Shown here in pieces: positions 25,076 through 39,350 of a DNA stretch of 64,000 nucleotides. The stretch comes from Carcharhinus longimanus (Eukaryota). The translations under genes were made by a program, and so were the position numbers. The stretch is taken from positions 11,069,896 to 11,133,895 of the forward strand of contig JASCQW010000119.1 of NCBI GenBank assembly GCA_030264375.1, read 5' to 3'. Below the pieces are notes generated by a model, which had not been told where the DNA came from, did no database searches, and worked only from the letters and a program-made list of their open reading frames with translations. Position 1 is the stretch's first letter. Each line of letters starts with the position of its first letter.

Positions 25076-28000
25076 GTGAGTTTGAAAGAACAATCAAACG
25101 TTTGATCCAAACTGATGACACCGCAGCAACAGTGAGCACATGATTAGCCTAATAGACGGAAGATTGACGTATTGGTAACACCTCCACTGTCATCATAAAA
25201 CATAATGTGAAATCAGTGGTAATTGGATCGTTCTAGTTTCACAAGCTAATGTTTACTTTCTGTCCCGGTTTTGCTGCCCTCAAATCGCAAGAAAATTCTG
25301 AATAACCATTCCCTGTCAACTTACAACATTATACAACACTTAGGTTTGAACCAATATGTGAAAAGAGTTCCCCTCCCGCCCCCCATACTATTGAAGATTT
25401 GCACAAAAAGAGAGAAACGGAAAAACTTCCATTGAAATATCGTCACATTTGCTTCGATGAACCTTTCACTATTAATATTCTCACTGCTAAGATTAATCAA
25501 GGATTAACTACCAAGCCCATATAAATAACCTGTTGTGACGTTAGGTCAGAGCTTTGGAATCATGTGACGGATAATTCACTTCCTCACTCCCAAAGTTCTG
25601 TAAGTAATTGAAAAGGCATGATTAAGCGTGCAAGGGAAGGCTCTCCACTTGCCTTGGTGACTGCAAATCGAACAACACTCAAGTTTCAACAAGATCCAGA
25701 ATATAGCACTTGCTTGGTTGACATCGCATTTAATATTTCTCTATTACCGGCACTCAGTGGCATTAATGTGTTCCATGCATAAGACGCAATGAAACAACTC
25801 AGCAAAACAAAAGAAGATACTGCAGATGCTGACAATCTGAAGGAAACACCGAAAGTCTTTGAATCCCACAGCAATTTGGGAAAAAGCTGTGGACAGAGAA
25901 ATCGAGCTGAATTTTCAATTTGTGATCTGCATTTTGTGATTTTCCTTTTGCAATATTGTATTTTTAGTTTTAGCCAACTACCTCAACTGTCTTTGTAGAA
26001 TATTGCTTTAATAGCTATATGGTTTCTGACAAGGTGTACAATATATTTATAATTCACTTCCCACTCCTCAATCATTTCGAGCTGCGTTCTACTTCAGGAA
26101 ACCTTGCATTTTAGAAGAAATATTAAAGGCAAACTGCCCGGAAGTGTTTGGTTCTCGTATTGAATCTCCACAAAAATGGGTTGAGTTTCCTTCAGGCAGG
26201 CACAAAATGTTGTAAAGAATATAGGACAGACAACAGAGAAACAGATCTTCCCCCACCTTCTCCCAAACTGTAACAGACCACCTGGTATTCATGTGCAAAC
26301 AAGCATATTTCTTTCTAGTTTCTTTTGATTCTAACATCGTAACAATGTTTTCTTTTCTCTCACATATGCTTGCCCAGTTCCGCATTTAGTGCATGCACCT
26401 TAAAATCTCGCCGCCGTGGCCATATCGACATTATTACCAAGAGTTGACAGAATTACTTCTCAAGGCCTTGTTGGAGAATTGGCTACAGATGGGGTGGGGT
26501 TCTCCATCCGCGCTCGCGCAAAACCGGAGAATCCCACCTGAGGTCAATACAACGTTGCGTGGTCCCACATCCACCACCTGCTACAATTCCCGTGGTGGAC
26601 GGGAGGGGTGAATTTCCCCTCTTGACTCCCTCCAGTTTTCTACTTTCGGACAAGAGAACACATTCTCCACTGATTCTGGCTAAACACGCCATAATTTTGA
26701 AGAACTCTATTCAACCATTTAGGATTTATATATAGTATATATGTACGTTATATATACACGCTGCCACGAGGGGATATAATCTGAAGGTGCAGTAAAAGTT
26801 TTAAATTGTAAACTGATGCATGATGCTCTACGCTAACGTCGTCACTCTTGACTCCTCCAGAAGGGTTAAAATATAAGTCTGATAAGCTAGAGTCGGACCA
26901 GCAAAAGTTGCCTTTAATTGCATTTTGGAAAAGCGGAAGGCATTGTTTTCATTACCCTAGACGCTGGACAGGTAACAATTGTCTCTAGGTTTCTCAGTGA
27001 CAACAGCGATTAAGACTAAGTTAGTCCATTCGAAAATCTGGCGCCGCAATGCCTTCTTTCACCAATCCATTAGATTTGGTTTTGAATGATACGCATAAAC
27101 CCAGTACCATAAATTTGAGGTTATCCACCTAGCTGCCACAAGAACTGGCTTCCTTTCTCCGAACTTCCTCTCGCCTGGTTCCCACTGCCTAAGCACTGAA
27201 CTCCTGTTCTTCTTCAATTTCTCTGCTATGTCCTTCATGCCATGCCTGACCTCATCTTGTCCCTAATCTGTACCGACTACTATTTCTATCATTTGGTTCC
27301 TGTAACCTTCTGAAAATCGAACTTCTCTTATTGGTCATCTGTTGTCCGATACTATCAAAGGTTCCTAAACCTCATGAAATGTCGCCCTCACTTTTAAATA
27401 TGGCACTATCAGATCTATCCTTCAAGAAATACAATATTACACTGCAGTTTGCCCTTGCAACCGATCTCCACAAGTGTATCATATTTTTTTGTTCAAAATT
27501 CACGGACATATTTTCTACAGATCGATCCAGGAAATCCTTGCTTTTTTTGTCTCGAAGCACTGTTCCATTCCTCCACTTGGGTCAAGTTATATCCTTTGAC
27601 GCTGAGTATGGCATTCTGAGATGAAAGCAATTTACTGCGGATCCGGGAAACTGAAACAGAAAAAGAAATGCTGGAATATGTCAACAGATCTGACAGCATC
27701 CGCCACATTTGACAGGATTGGGGGAAAAAATCGTCCTTGCGAATCTTTTCATTTGTTAGGTGGAAATGAACAAACATTATTCAATTATGTAAAGCAGGTC
27801 AAGTCTATTGAAACCTGGCGGTAAAAAAGCGGGAATAGCTTCTTGCACTCACTGCTTGGTGTTACTTTTCCTGTCTCATTGACCCCTTTCATGTTGTTAT
27901 CCCGTAGTGACATCAAGAAAATAGTACGCAGCAAGACTGTCTTCGCGTTTGAATACGCAGCAGTGCACATCACAAACGCTTCTTAAGACTTCACCACAGC

Positions 28001-29162
28001 CTCTTACGTATACATCTTGAATCTCGCCGTCTCAGAGCTAAGGTGCTGGACAGTGTTTTAGAGGAGAATAGAAAGGAATAGAAAGGAGCCTAGAAAGGAA
28101 GGGACACAGTTTCACCTGCAACCCGTTGTCCCACTTCTTCACGTACTCCCAGAGTCAGAACAGGGACGAGCTGCCCATCGTGCATTGTACAATTGGAATG
28201 CGAGTGAGATAGACGACAAGAAACAAACGGAACTGATGCATTTCAACTAATGGAATGTGCTTAATTAGAATAGGAATGCAAACTGTCGGAATATAATTAA
28301 AATGCTGGTGGTGACATGGTGGGGATGAAGGTGGGGAAGAGAAGCCTAACGTAGCACTTAAAGAGTTTTCAATAGTTATGGATCAAGATTTAACTTTAAG
28401 GGATCTGAGACCAGCTGATAAAAACAGCGCTTGAATTTAATATCTTATACTGAAAGAGTATCACTGTACTGCTATCTGACTGTTTACTCTATGCAGGGTT
28501 GTTTCTTTTTTCCTTCGTTAACCCTTTATTGGTTTGCTTCCTGCAATCCCAGATAACATGTCCAGTTGTCTACATAATACTTACAGGAACTGTCAAAAAT
28601 GATGTTACCTTACAAGACAACAAGAAAGCGGAATGGAGAGAGAAGAGCTTTTTTTCTAAACGTCGAAGTGCCATGAATGGACGTTTGGAAGAAATATATG
28701 TGGAAGTTCATAACACAGACAATTAACATGCAATGGCGGAATCCAAAGTAATAATTTAAAAGGACTATCCAAAAGGTATAAATTGTTATCCTTTAGATCT
28801 GCTGGGATAGAATGTATGCAAAAACAATGTAAGTTTCAGCTATAGAAAGGTGGCAGTTACATAGCTCAGGGACCAGGGATGCCAGACCTCATGATGGACG
28901 GGGGTGAGATGGGTCGTCTCACATGGCTATAGTCAATGATCTGTGAGGCCCAGCCTTAAGCTATGATAAAAGGGTTCAGCAAGGTTGAAAGTTGATTGTA
29001 ATGAAATGTGTCCCTGTAGCTCATTGTTAAAACTTACAATCTAAAACTACAGATGAAAACATTGTATTGCCTTGGGGGCGCTAATCAAAGTGCATAGTGC
29101 AAAAACATTTGTGCATTTCTCAAATTGCACTTTTGATGCATTAATTTCCCTCTTACTGGCAG

Positions 29163-29189
29163 ATGAAGAATTGCGGAAAAAGAAAGCAG
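29163..29189 (+). CDS. Microexon 7 (27 nt); DEELRKKKA
   Basis: tttccctcttactggcag|ATGAAGAATTGCGGAAAAAGAAAGCAG|gtaaag. Confidence 0.88.
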
Positions 29190-29844
29190 GTAAAGTTCTT
29201 AGGAATAGTATGTTTTTTGTGGTATTGGAGTAAATTGTAGGACAAGCCAGATCAGAGTGGCAATTTTGATGTGTCAATTGACTTGATGTATCACTGACGT
29301 CCAGCTCTAATTAAGATCCAGATGTTTATTGCCAGCTCCCTTTATTTTTAATATATTTCCACTGGATAGACACAATGTCAATTTTTGGAAAAATTCACTA
29401 TTGCTGTTTCACTTGCAAACAACGTAAACCATTCACACTTCGCAGTTTTACTATCTGATACGTTCATTATTACAGGAAAGACTAGATAGTGTGCGTTCAA
29501 CTTTTCTGGACAATCTAGAGGATGTTGGATGACTTCATCAATTCTTTTAAGTTTACAATGGCGTTTGGCAAAGTAGCCAGCAAAAGATCCTTCCATTGGT
29601 AGAGAATAAAATGAGTGGTCGGTAATAATATTTACTAACAAACACAGGAAATAATTCAGCGACACGACTTTATTTTGCTGTGAGTGATTAGAATAATGGA
29701 CTTGTTACAAAAAGTGGCAGTTGAGGTGAATGAGATTATGGCTTTATGGAGCAGCAAAATATATAGATGAGAGAGAAAGGAATGTAAATATGTGCTTAGA
29801 AGCGGTGTGATAAACACACCTGGCAAGACAGTTATTAGAAGCGC

Positions 29845-30135
29845 GGAGGCACAGTGGTTAGCACTGCTGCCTCACAGTACCAGGGACCAGGTGTGATTCC
29901 AGCTTCCGTACAGAGGCTGTATGTTCCCCCCATGTCTGCGTGGATTTCCTCGAGGGTTCTCTGGTTTCATCCCACAGTCTGGTTACCAGTGCTGGAGTGC
30001 TGGGTTCCATTGGGCATGCTACATCCTCAACAGCATACCCGAACAGGTGCCAGAGAGTGGCACCGAGGGGTTTTTCACATTCATCAATTGTAGTGTTGAT
30101 ATACTCCTATTTATGACACTAATAAGTAAAGTCAA
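29845..30135 (+). mobile_element. V-SINE (HE1-related)
   Basis: ggcacagtggttagcactgctgcctcacag tRNA head; atgttccccccatgtctgcgtggatttcctc V-domain. Confidence 0.88.
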
Positions 30136-30328
30136 ACTTAGTATGGCCACAATCAGTTGGACCGAATGTCATGGTTTTCCACCTTGAATTACATGCCAAC
30201 CGACGTAGCACACATATCCTGCACCTTGCCTTGTAGACGCAATGGATCGAGCACTGCTCCTCTTCAAGTTCCAGCTCTCCATACCATGAAAACTGTAACC
30301 GATGTTTTAAACATTATTTTCGTTGCAG

Positions 30329-30364
30329 AGGTAACAGCTCTGCAGAAGAAAATACATAATTTAG
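30329..30364 (+). CDS. Microexon 8 (36 nt); EVTALQKKIHNL
   Basis: ttattttcgttgcag|AGGTAACAGCTCTGCAGAAGAAAATACATAATTTAG|gtaagg. Confidence 0.88.
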
Positions 30365-30789
30365 GTAAGGGATCACTTCAACTATCGCTTTGTCTCAATA
30401 AGTCTGCATCACGTTTGCCTTAACTGCAACATAAACAACAACAACAGCTTGTTTTTGTATAGCACGTTATCATAGCAGAGCATCCTAAGGGGCGCCAGAG
30501 TCCAGTTGTCAATTCAAAGCAATAATATTGTACAACGGTAAGCGAACAGCATATCAAGTTGCAGAAGTTTTATAAAAGAATTGGGCTTTACGCTTTTTTT
30601 TAGATAGAAACAGTGAAAAATCTGAATGTGATGAGAAAAAATGGCATGCAAAAGGGCAGAATTCTGTTTCATAGCGAGTTGTTCCACTGGAGAACAAAAA
30701 AGACGGATAGGGAATTTTGCAACAGATTGGTAAGCATATGGCAAAGCGATGAATGGCAATTCGTATCAGCTAGAGTAGCAGCATGGGAA

Positions 30790-31345
30790 GAACATAAGAA
30801 CATAAGAAATAGGAGCAGGAGTAGGCCATCTAGCACCTCGAGCTTGCCCCGCCATTCAATAAGATCATGGCTGATCTGTAAGTGGTTCAGTTCCACTTAC
30901 CCGCCTGCTCCCCATAACCCTTAATTCCCCTATTGATCAGAAATCTATCTACCTGTGGCTTAAACATACTCAACGAGGTAGCCTCCACCGCTTCAATGGG
31001 CAGAGAATTCCAGACATTCAGTACCCTCCGAGAGAAGAAGTTCCTCCTCAACTCTATTCTAAACTGACTCCCCCTTATTTTGAGACTGTGTCCTCTAGTT
31101 CTTGTTTCCTTTCTAAGTGGAAAAAATCTCTCTGCCTCCACCCTATCTAGCCCCTTCATTATCTTATATGTCTCTATAAGATCACCCCTCAGCCTTCTAA
31201 ACTCCAACGAAAACAGGCCCAACCTACTCAATCTCTCTTCATAGGCAAACCCCCTCATCTCCGGTATCAACCTGGTGAACCTTCTCTCCACCCCCTCTAA
31301 GGCCAATATATCCTTTCGCAAATAAGGGGACCAAAATTGCACATG
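30790..31345 (-). mobile_element. Young CR1 LINE 3' end (5'-truncated)
   Basis: Open 151-aa ORF2 C-terminus QFWSPYLRKDILALEGVERRFTRLIP...GIKGYGEQAGKWN and (AAGAACAT)n tail. Confidence 0.95.
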
Positions 31346-31369
31346 ATCATAACAACAGAGTTGGCTTAA

Positions 31370-32330
31370 TGGGTTGTACAGTCTTCTGCTCCAATTTTTT
31401 AATGTTCTCTTATTGTGTGTTTATATTTCTTGTTGGCGTACTCACATTCCAATCCAACTATTATTTTTAGTCATCTTTTGTGAGTTTCTAAAATGTTCCC
31501 AATCTTCCAGCCTAATTAACATTTGCAGAACTATACATTTTTTCTTTAATTTTCATATCATCCTTACTATTTAGTAAGCCATGGATTATTTTTTAGTAGG
31601 TCTTTCTTTCTCAATGGAATGCATCTTTGAAAGTTATGAAATATCACCTTAAATATCTGCCACTGTCTTCCCTTTTAGCCTAATTTCCTTGTCTGCTTTA
31701 CTCAAGCCTGTATTCATACCTTTGTAATGGCCTTTATTTAAGTTTAAGACACTAGTTGCAGACCCAGATTTCTCACCCACAAACAATGTCCTGCTGCAGT
31801 AAATGGGGATTTGGTTGAGCGCCAAATTCTCAATTCTTGCTGGCAGCAGCAGCAGAGAATTCTGGCCTTTATTACTATGACCACTCTTAGTAAGAAGATC
31901 CTTTATTACAAGATCATGAATTAATCCTGTCTCGTTACATATTATCAGGTCAAAAAAAATCTGTTACATGGTTGGTTCCACAGCGTCATGTTCCAAGAAA
32001 TTGTCCTAAATATATTCTATAAACTGGTCATCAGGGATATCTTGGTCAGTTTGCCTTGTCCAGTCTGTTTGAAGGCTATAATTACCAAAGATTATTACAG
32101 CATCTTACTTACCAGTCCGCATTATTTTTTGATTAGTGGAGCTACTTTTAGGGGAGCCTATATACTGCCCTGAGATGAATTACTTCCCTTGTATTTCTCG
32201 TCTCCATCCAAATTGATTCTACACCTTGATCTTCCAAACCAAGAGTATTTCTCATCACTGTGCTGATCTCATTCATTATTAACTACTCCATTTCCTTTGC
32301 CTTTCTTCCTATCCTTCCGAAATTTAAAAA
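31370..32330 (-). mobile_element. Old CR1 internal fragment (endonuclease/linker region)
   Basis: Reverse-strand ggttccacagcgtcatgttccaagaaattgtcc (DNFLEH..VEPT-like). Confidence 0.6.
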
Positions 32331-32679
32331 TATAAAATTTGTTAGCTATAATTAGATACAAAAGATCTGCAAATTAGCTAAACTGTTGTCATTGACTACA
32401 CTGGGCTATTATTCATTTTTCTTTTCTTGTTTATACTCTGATTTTCTCTCTCATTTCTGAAGGCAAGGATTTTCACTGGGTTTGTGGTTCCAGCTGTACC
32501 AACAGCTTTCCAATAACTCACCCAAGTGACATTGTGAGTCTAGAGTTGGCTGGCTACTTAACCAGGAAAGACTTCAAAGCCATTGTCAATCCTGACACTG
32601 ATTTGACATGCACCCTTGGCAGAGTGGGAGAGAAATTAGCTGCAGCAAACCTGGCTAATTTTGATTTGCCAGATATAAT

Positions 32680-32961
32680 CATAGAATCCCTACACTGCAG
32701 ATTGAGACTACACTGACAAAAATTCCCACCCTTGCCTTATCCCTGTAACACCACAAATTTAGCCTGCTAATCCCCCTGACATGAAGGGCCAATCAATCCA
32801 ACACGCACATCTTTGGACTGGAGAGGAAACCAGAGCATCCAGAGGAAACCCTTGCAGATATGGGGTGAATATGCAAACTCCACACAGGTAGTCACCCGAG
32901 GCTGGAATTGAACCTGGGTCCCTTGTGCTGTGAGGCAGCAGTGCTAACCACTGTGTGCCAC
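32680..32961 (-). mobile_element. HE1-like V-SINE
   Basis: catagaatccctacactgcag tail, V-domain, ggcagcagtgctaaccactgtgtgccacc head. Confidence 0.92.
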
Positions 32962-34109
32962 CAAGCTGCCCCCAGATCATCTGGAGCACACAACCTTGAT
33001 TGAGATCTGCTAAATCAACACAGGGTAGGAATTAACATAGAACTTCCCTGGTTTGTGGGCCCCCTTTCTTCCCATTTCATTCTTACCATTATCCTGGTCT
33101 GACTACAAGAATGTTATGTTTTCAAAAGAGTCAAACGTGGCTTTGAATATCCCTAAGTCACTTGAGCATTTATATGATTTATCCCCAGGTTTTTAAGTCC
33201 GCTTCGCTGCTTCCAAGTGTTCTCTTCAGCCAGCTGTTAGAAGACATACAGACTTTCGCAACTCTACGCAGAGAGACGGTTTAACCTCTATCTGGACAGG
33301 TCTTCCCAGAATAAACAGGTTTCCCCCATATCATGCCATTGAATCTTAGTACTCTAATGAATTGGCAGTGCTCCAGGCAAGAAACGAAACATCAAACAAT
33401 CTGATTTACTTGTAAATATAGATATATATATATATTTAAAGATTTCAATTAATTTTGAATTGCTGAGCCAAGTTCAATTTGACACACAAATTTGCAAATT
33501 AATTTTCATCAACAGTTTATAGATCTCTTGACTTTAGCATAATCTGAAGCAAATTCTTATTCTAATCTGAAGCAGGATCTCTCTTTATTAGGATTCATCT
33601 CCATTTATATAAAATCATACTACCCAGTGCAATAGCAGAAATTCCTAATGTCCATTTCCAGTTTATATTCTGTGAAAGAAAATTAATAAAATTAGAAAAT
33701 GTAAATACTAATAAGAATGAGCAATAATAATCATGAGCAAACAAGACACAGTGGCCCTGTTCACCTATTTACATTCAATAGAGATAGCAGAAATTGAAAA
33801 GATCCCCAAAAGACAAATGTGCTAGAGCTAAGAGAAGGAAAGAGAGAAAAAACAATAAGTATTTCTTTAGCCCTGTGCTGAATTACCCCTCTGGCTGAAT
33901 ATAATTACAGTCAATATATTTACATTCACCCAGCATAACTTCAGAGAGCCACAGAAGTCCAAAAAACATCATGCCAGATCTTTCAGAAAAAGTAATCACG
34001 TTAACATGAACATGAGTATCAACTTAAATCAAGCTGTAAATTCAGATGACTAACAGATAATCCATGAAATGAGAATCTCCTCAACCTGTTCGGCAATTTA
34101 CATTGGTTA

Positions 34110-34405
34110 AAGTTTACCAATAGCGCACGTAGGCTTACAGTAACATCACAATGAAGTTACTATGAAAATCCCCTAATCGCCACATTCTGGTACCTATTTG
34201 AGTACACAGAGGGAGAATTTAGCAACTTAGCACCTAACCAGCACATCTTTTGGACTGTGGGAGGAAACCAGAGCATCCAGAGGAAACCCACGCAGCCAAA
34301 GGGAGAACATGCAGACTCCACACAGACAGTGACCCAAGTTGGGAATCGAACCTGGATCCCTGGCACTGTGAGGTAGCAGTGCTAACCACTGTGCCACCGT
34401 GCTGC
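34110..34405 (-). mobile_element. V-SINE (HE1-related)
   Basis: ggactgtgggaggaaaccagagcatccagaggaaacccacgcag...gcagtgctaaccactgtgccaccgtgctgcc. Confidence 0.92.
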
Positions 34406-35171
34406 CTGCCTCTCAGATGATATCTCACCTTCCCTTTGCCTCTTTTCCCACTCTCGCTTTTAATCCAATCCTTCCTTCCCTCTCTGTCTTTCTCTTTCTG
34501 TATCTGACTTGACTCTTAAGTCATCCTGCCTCCCCACCATTCTTCTGCTTCTTTCTCAATCCTTACATTTCATTGGTTAAGATACATTTTGATCTCACTG
34601 GTTTTTATGGTCCCAGATGCCTTTGTTGCCCTTATCAGCTCCCATTTCCAAACAATATTCAAGCTGAAAGGTGCAGGTAAAAGTCTAACAAATGGCACAC
34701 GCAGCAAAGGGCCCTGCTTGACCAAGATTTGGCCCATCAATTTTCCAGGGTTGCTTTGGTTTTTCCGTTTTGTCAAAGCTTTGTTGGATGACACGGATAA
34801 ACCGCATACAAATTTTCTCCCTTTGTACTTAAATCATGGATCAATAAGCAAGAGTACCACCAACTGAACCAAGCTGACATCAGTGGTAAGGACTTTCTGG
34901 TGAAAAAGTGAAATGGTGACCGGGTTATTGAAATAAGTTCACAAAATCTGTAGGCAAAGATTTTTGGTTCAAGGTTATCAGAATATCTTTCTACTCCTTC
35001 CTCCCTATTGTAGTGACCTATCCTTTCCTGAAATTAAACAGAGTTCTCTAGTACAATTACAAGCAGAGGACAGAGAAGAACTGACTGGCTTGCCTTATTG
35101 AGCAAAAGTTTCACTAACCCACAAACAATGCATTTAGGAGCTTGCTCATGCTACACTCTGTTTATGATAGC

Positions 35172-35258
35172 CATGATGTGGAGATGCCAACGTTGTGGGC
35201 ACTGTAAGAAGTCTTACAACACCAGGTTAAAGTCCAACAGGTTTATTTGGCAGCACAA
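35172..35258 (-). mobile_element. Penelope-like element end, running into an N gap
   Basis: gtaagaagtcttacaacaccaggttaaagtccaacaggtttattt is the reverse complement of the 43830-43875 sequence. Confidence 0.75.
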
Positions 35259-35358
35259 NNNNNNNNNNNNNNNNNNNNNNNNNNNNNNNNNNNNNNNNNN
35301 NNNNNNNNNNNNNNNNNNNNNNNNNNNNNNNNNNNNNNNNNNNNNNNNNNNNNNNNNN

Positions 35359-35575
35359 CTCTGCTTCTATCTAGCCCCTTCATTATCTTATAAGTCTCTA
35401 TAAGATCACCCCTCAGCCTTCTAAACTCCAACGAGCACAAGCCCAATCTATTCAATCTCTCCTCATATGCTCACCCCCTCATCTCCGGTATCAACCTGGT
35501 GAACCTTCTCTGCACTCCCTCCAAGGCCATTATATCCTTTTGCAAATAAGGAATATATCCTTTCGCAAATAAGGA
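35359..35575 (-). mobile_element. Young CR1 fragment
   Basis: RLGLCSLEFRRLRGDLIETYKIMKGLDR, close to the 30790-31345 copy; short tandem duplication at the 5' truncation point. Confidence 0.9.
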
Positions 35576-35821
35576 AGCCAGGGTTAGCGCTGGTCTCAAC
35601 AATGAACCTTCGAAATCAGATCAGGAGAGTATTGGATTAGCCTTGACTGTACAGATCACAGGCATGCATGGCTATTACAATTACAGCTGAACTGTTGTAA
35701 TAAGAGTTGCTACTTCATGGAATGTAAGCGTCTTTCATAACATGTTGCACAACTGATGTCCCTTTGTTTATGCTTTGTATTTTGCTGTTTTCAAAGACCT
35801 CCCGTTCCTCTTTCTGATCAG

Positions 35822-35848
35822 ATGAAAGAGTGAATCAAAATGACAAAG
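35822..35848 (+). CDS. Microexon 9 (27 nt); DERVNQNDK
   Basis: ttcctctttctgatcag|ATGAAAGAGTGAATCAAAATGACAAAG|gtgagc. Confidence 0.87.
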
Positions 35849-36012
35849 GTGAGCTCAGACAGCAGCGTTGGTGAAGACCTCCGCCCCTACCAATGTACTA
35901 TAATGTCCTTCGTAGAAAGGTTGTGTGTTCTTGCTATCACAACTGCAAATGGAAATTGAAACAATGGCCACCTTCATAAGATAATAGTGAAAATAAGAGC
36001 AAATATGATAGT

Positions 36013-36530
36013 GTTAGCGCGAGTGGACGAAACGACCACTACGGACTCAGGGTGAAGTTCAATAACGGTACAGCTTTATTTTCTTTACGTCGACGCAGAA
36101 GCACAGTCAGGACATACAATCGGACTGTCCCGAAAGTGACCTAAAGACTCCCCCACAAGGGGCTGCAGTTATACCTGAACTTCGTGTTTCAAATGCTAAT
36201 CCTTCATTTACAGTATTTGACTTCAGCCATCCTGTTTCGATGTTTTCGTGTGTTGGAGCAATTGTTTTAAGTGTGTGTTAATCGTTTCTGTCTGGTTGGT
36301 TATCAATGGTCTAGGATCTCTGGGGTTTGAACCATAGGTGTGTTATTGATCTCAAGAGTTTTTTTAGGGGCCAGGGACGCTTCCTTAACTGTGTAAATTT
36401 TAGGTGTCTCCATGGGTTGTTTGACTGGTTTAGAAGTGCTGATTTTGATGGGGTAGGGATGTGTTCTTTAATTTAGTTCCTGTAGGTGCCATCCTGTCCA
36501 ATTTCCCTTATGTGCTAGCCCTCATTTGCA
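36013..36530 (-). mobile_element. Possible LTR
   Basis: Starts TGTTAG on + (so ends ...CTAACA on minus); reverse AATAAA at ~36075; other end lost in an N gap. Confidence 0.4.
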
Positions 36531-36999
36531 TTNNNNNNNNNNNNNNNNNNNNNNNNNNNNNNNNNNNNNNNNNNNNNNNNNNNNNNNNNNNNNNNNNNNN
36601 NNNNNNNNNNNNNNNNNNNNNNNNNNNNNNNNTGACCGCACTCACTGCCCCCACACTCCCAGACCCAACGCCACCAATGAGCCCCAGATCTAAGTTTGGC
36701 CAACAATGATCTAACTCCGCTTGGAAATTATCCAGTAAGCAGTCCCCACTGATCTCTGTGGAAAACATTTCCAAGATATACAGACCTCCTGAGATAAGGC
36801 AGTCTTCCCCACTTCCGATTTAAGCAGGAGATCTTTTATTTCACTCTGTCCCAAACGCCCAAAGCTTGCCCACGACTTGGGAGCGTTCATATTGCCAAGC
36901 CGCCTCTGAAAGTTCTGCTTCATAAAAATACAATTTTATCGTGTTCATCTCCAATGAGCAAAGACCCCATGCTCATTATTTCCTCATAAGGCAAGTTCT

Positions 37000-39350
37000 T
37001 CATCCCAAAATATGAATCCTATTGAAATGTCTAGGGATTGTTTATAAAGCCTGTCCAGGTATGTACAGTAAACAGAAGCAAATTTTAAGTATAAAATGAA
37101 ATATATCTGGAGGCAGTCAATTAAGGGCATCGTCCATTACACTCTAGAATCATTTTAAAGTAGGAAATCCTTCATATTGTGCTCAGTTTGTGGCCTTGGA
37201 AATCCATTATCCAGTTGTAAAATTCCCCGACTGTCCCTCTTCTCACTTTGCATTTCAACACCTCGGTCAAAAATACCCACATTCCATTATGTTTCCAAAT
37301 AACAATCCGTAATTGCATATTGTGTTGTATGATTCATGTACCATTTCTCTCTGTACTGAGCATTCAGCTGCCGCTTTCCATTACGTAATGTTCCTTATTT
37401 TTCGTCCTTCCTTCCTTAAATTGTGTTGTCATATTTTGGTTCTTCCAACTAGCTCAGTCCTTTTTCAAGCACCTTGGATTGTTTTTCTTTTGCAAACTTT
37501 AAGCAATATATCCACATTCTCTCTTTATGATCACAGGACACACGTTTTCAGATCCTTGCTAAGTTTCGAAATTAACTCACTTCGTTTTTCTAGTTGTCCT
37601 TGTTTTTCCTCTCTAGTAACAGTAGCTATCCTTGAGCACTGATTTTTGAAGATATCTGAGATGGTTTGTACATCATCTACCATGGAGACAGAGACAAAAT
37701 CTTAAATAAAACAATCTTTCGTTTCCAGGCTTCTCATTATCAATTCTCGAATTTCGACCTGTGATGGACAAATGGATAACCTACCTGATCTCTTATTGTT
37801 AATATGTTTGCAGAAATTTCTAGTAATTACATATTAAATACCAGGATTTTTTCATGCGCTAGTTTCTCCATCTGTTTTTCTTTCTCACTTATCCCTTGCA
37901 GGATTATATTGTATCCCACATATCCGGGATTCCTCTGTTCTTTCCAGCATTAATCATATTTTACGTCAATTTGATACCAGCCTTTACTTTTTTATTTATC
38001 CATAGATGATGCATCATTCTCGCAGCATCTTTCTTACTCGAAAGAATGTACATATGTTCAGAGTAATTAAATGTCTCCTTAAATGCCCATAACTGCGTTC
38101 ATTCCTTCACAGTTTCAAAATGTGCATCAAGTCCACGCTGAAGCCCAAGGCATTAGGGTCAGACCGCATCATCTCGCCCTCAAACTGAACGTGCATTCTA
38201 TCATGTTTTCATAACAGTTGCATAGAGAATCAATTATTTTGAGGTCACTAATCAATCCTGCCGCATTACACATTAGGAACGCCGAGATAGCCTGTTAGAC
38301 AGTTGGTTCCAGGCAGTGGCATTCTATGAAGGCGTCCTGAATGCAATCTATGAACTCAACCGACATGCTGCGTTAGCCAATTTCATTCTTGAATCTACAT
38401 GAGGTTTGATATCTACAATGGATGTTGCATTGTCTTTTGTACAGGCCTCCCGCGTTTTTTAAAATTATTTTTGTCCTACTTTAGTAAGCAAGATGCGATA
38501 CTTCCATGAAGTAACGTATATCTTTTCTAATTCTTATTGTCATGAAAACGCATTCTACATTTTGATCCTCCAAAATTAGGTCTGTTCTGATCTTATCCGT
38601 TATTAACTGCGAAACTCCACGCTTCTTGAAGTGCCATAAGCTCCTGAATATCATGGTCTCAGCCGGTTTCACTGAGCAACAGCATACCTGTAATTATGTT
38701 CACCTCATCTTCACTTATATGCACCTGGGCAAGCAATTTGCGCATGTTATCGCGAACATTGCGTATATTCATACAGCATCCCTCTGGTTCCCTGAGCTAT
38801 TATGTTTAACCCTGCCGCCAGTCACGAAACACAGCTTCTGGATTGAATCTTTGGGCTGCAAAACTCTATCCTTTTAAATGTACTGTTTACTACTACAGTT
38901 GCGTTACGCTCTTACTCCCACGTTTGATCGGTTCCGTGCACCATGGTGCTGTGCTCAGTTTATGCAAAGCCCTTGTCGCTTCGCCCTCAAGCCCGCAAGG
39001 TCTAATAACCTGCATCCTTTTGCACAATTTCATGCGCTGCAGATCCCACATTCCTAACGTTGATAATCCTATGTCCACTTATTTTATAATCGCTCAGCCC
39101 TGTCAGACCACAGTTGAAAGCTCAAGTACTAAGCCTAAGAGTGTGACAGTCTCCTGCAATGAATTGTGTGGGTAACTGATCCCCTCCCAGATGAAGCACA
39201 GTGAATAAAACTCAGTTTCCAGTTCATGAGTTCAGACCCGATGTTCCAAGACTGCAGCCTCATGCTGCAGATAAGATTATCTTGGATCACATCAGAATAC
39301 CACCTGCTCCAGCTGCAACGCTTCACGTCTGTGCTGCGTTAACCGTGTTC
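37000..39350 (-). mobile_element. Old CR1 internal fragment
   Basis: Degenerate reverse-strand EN/linker remnants (ttggttccaggc..., aatcaatcctgcc...). Confidence 0.5.
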
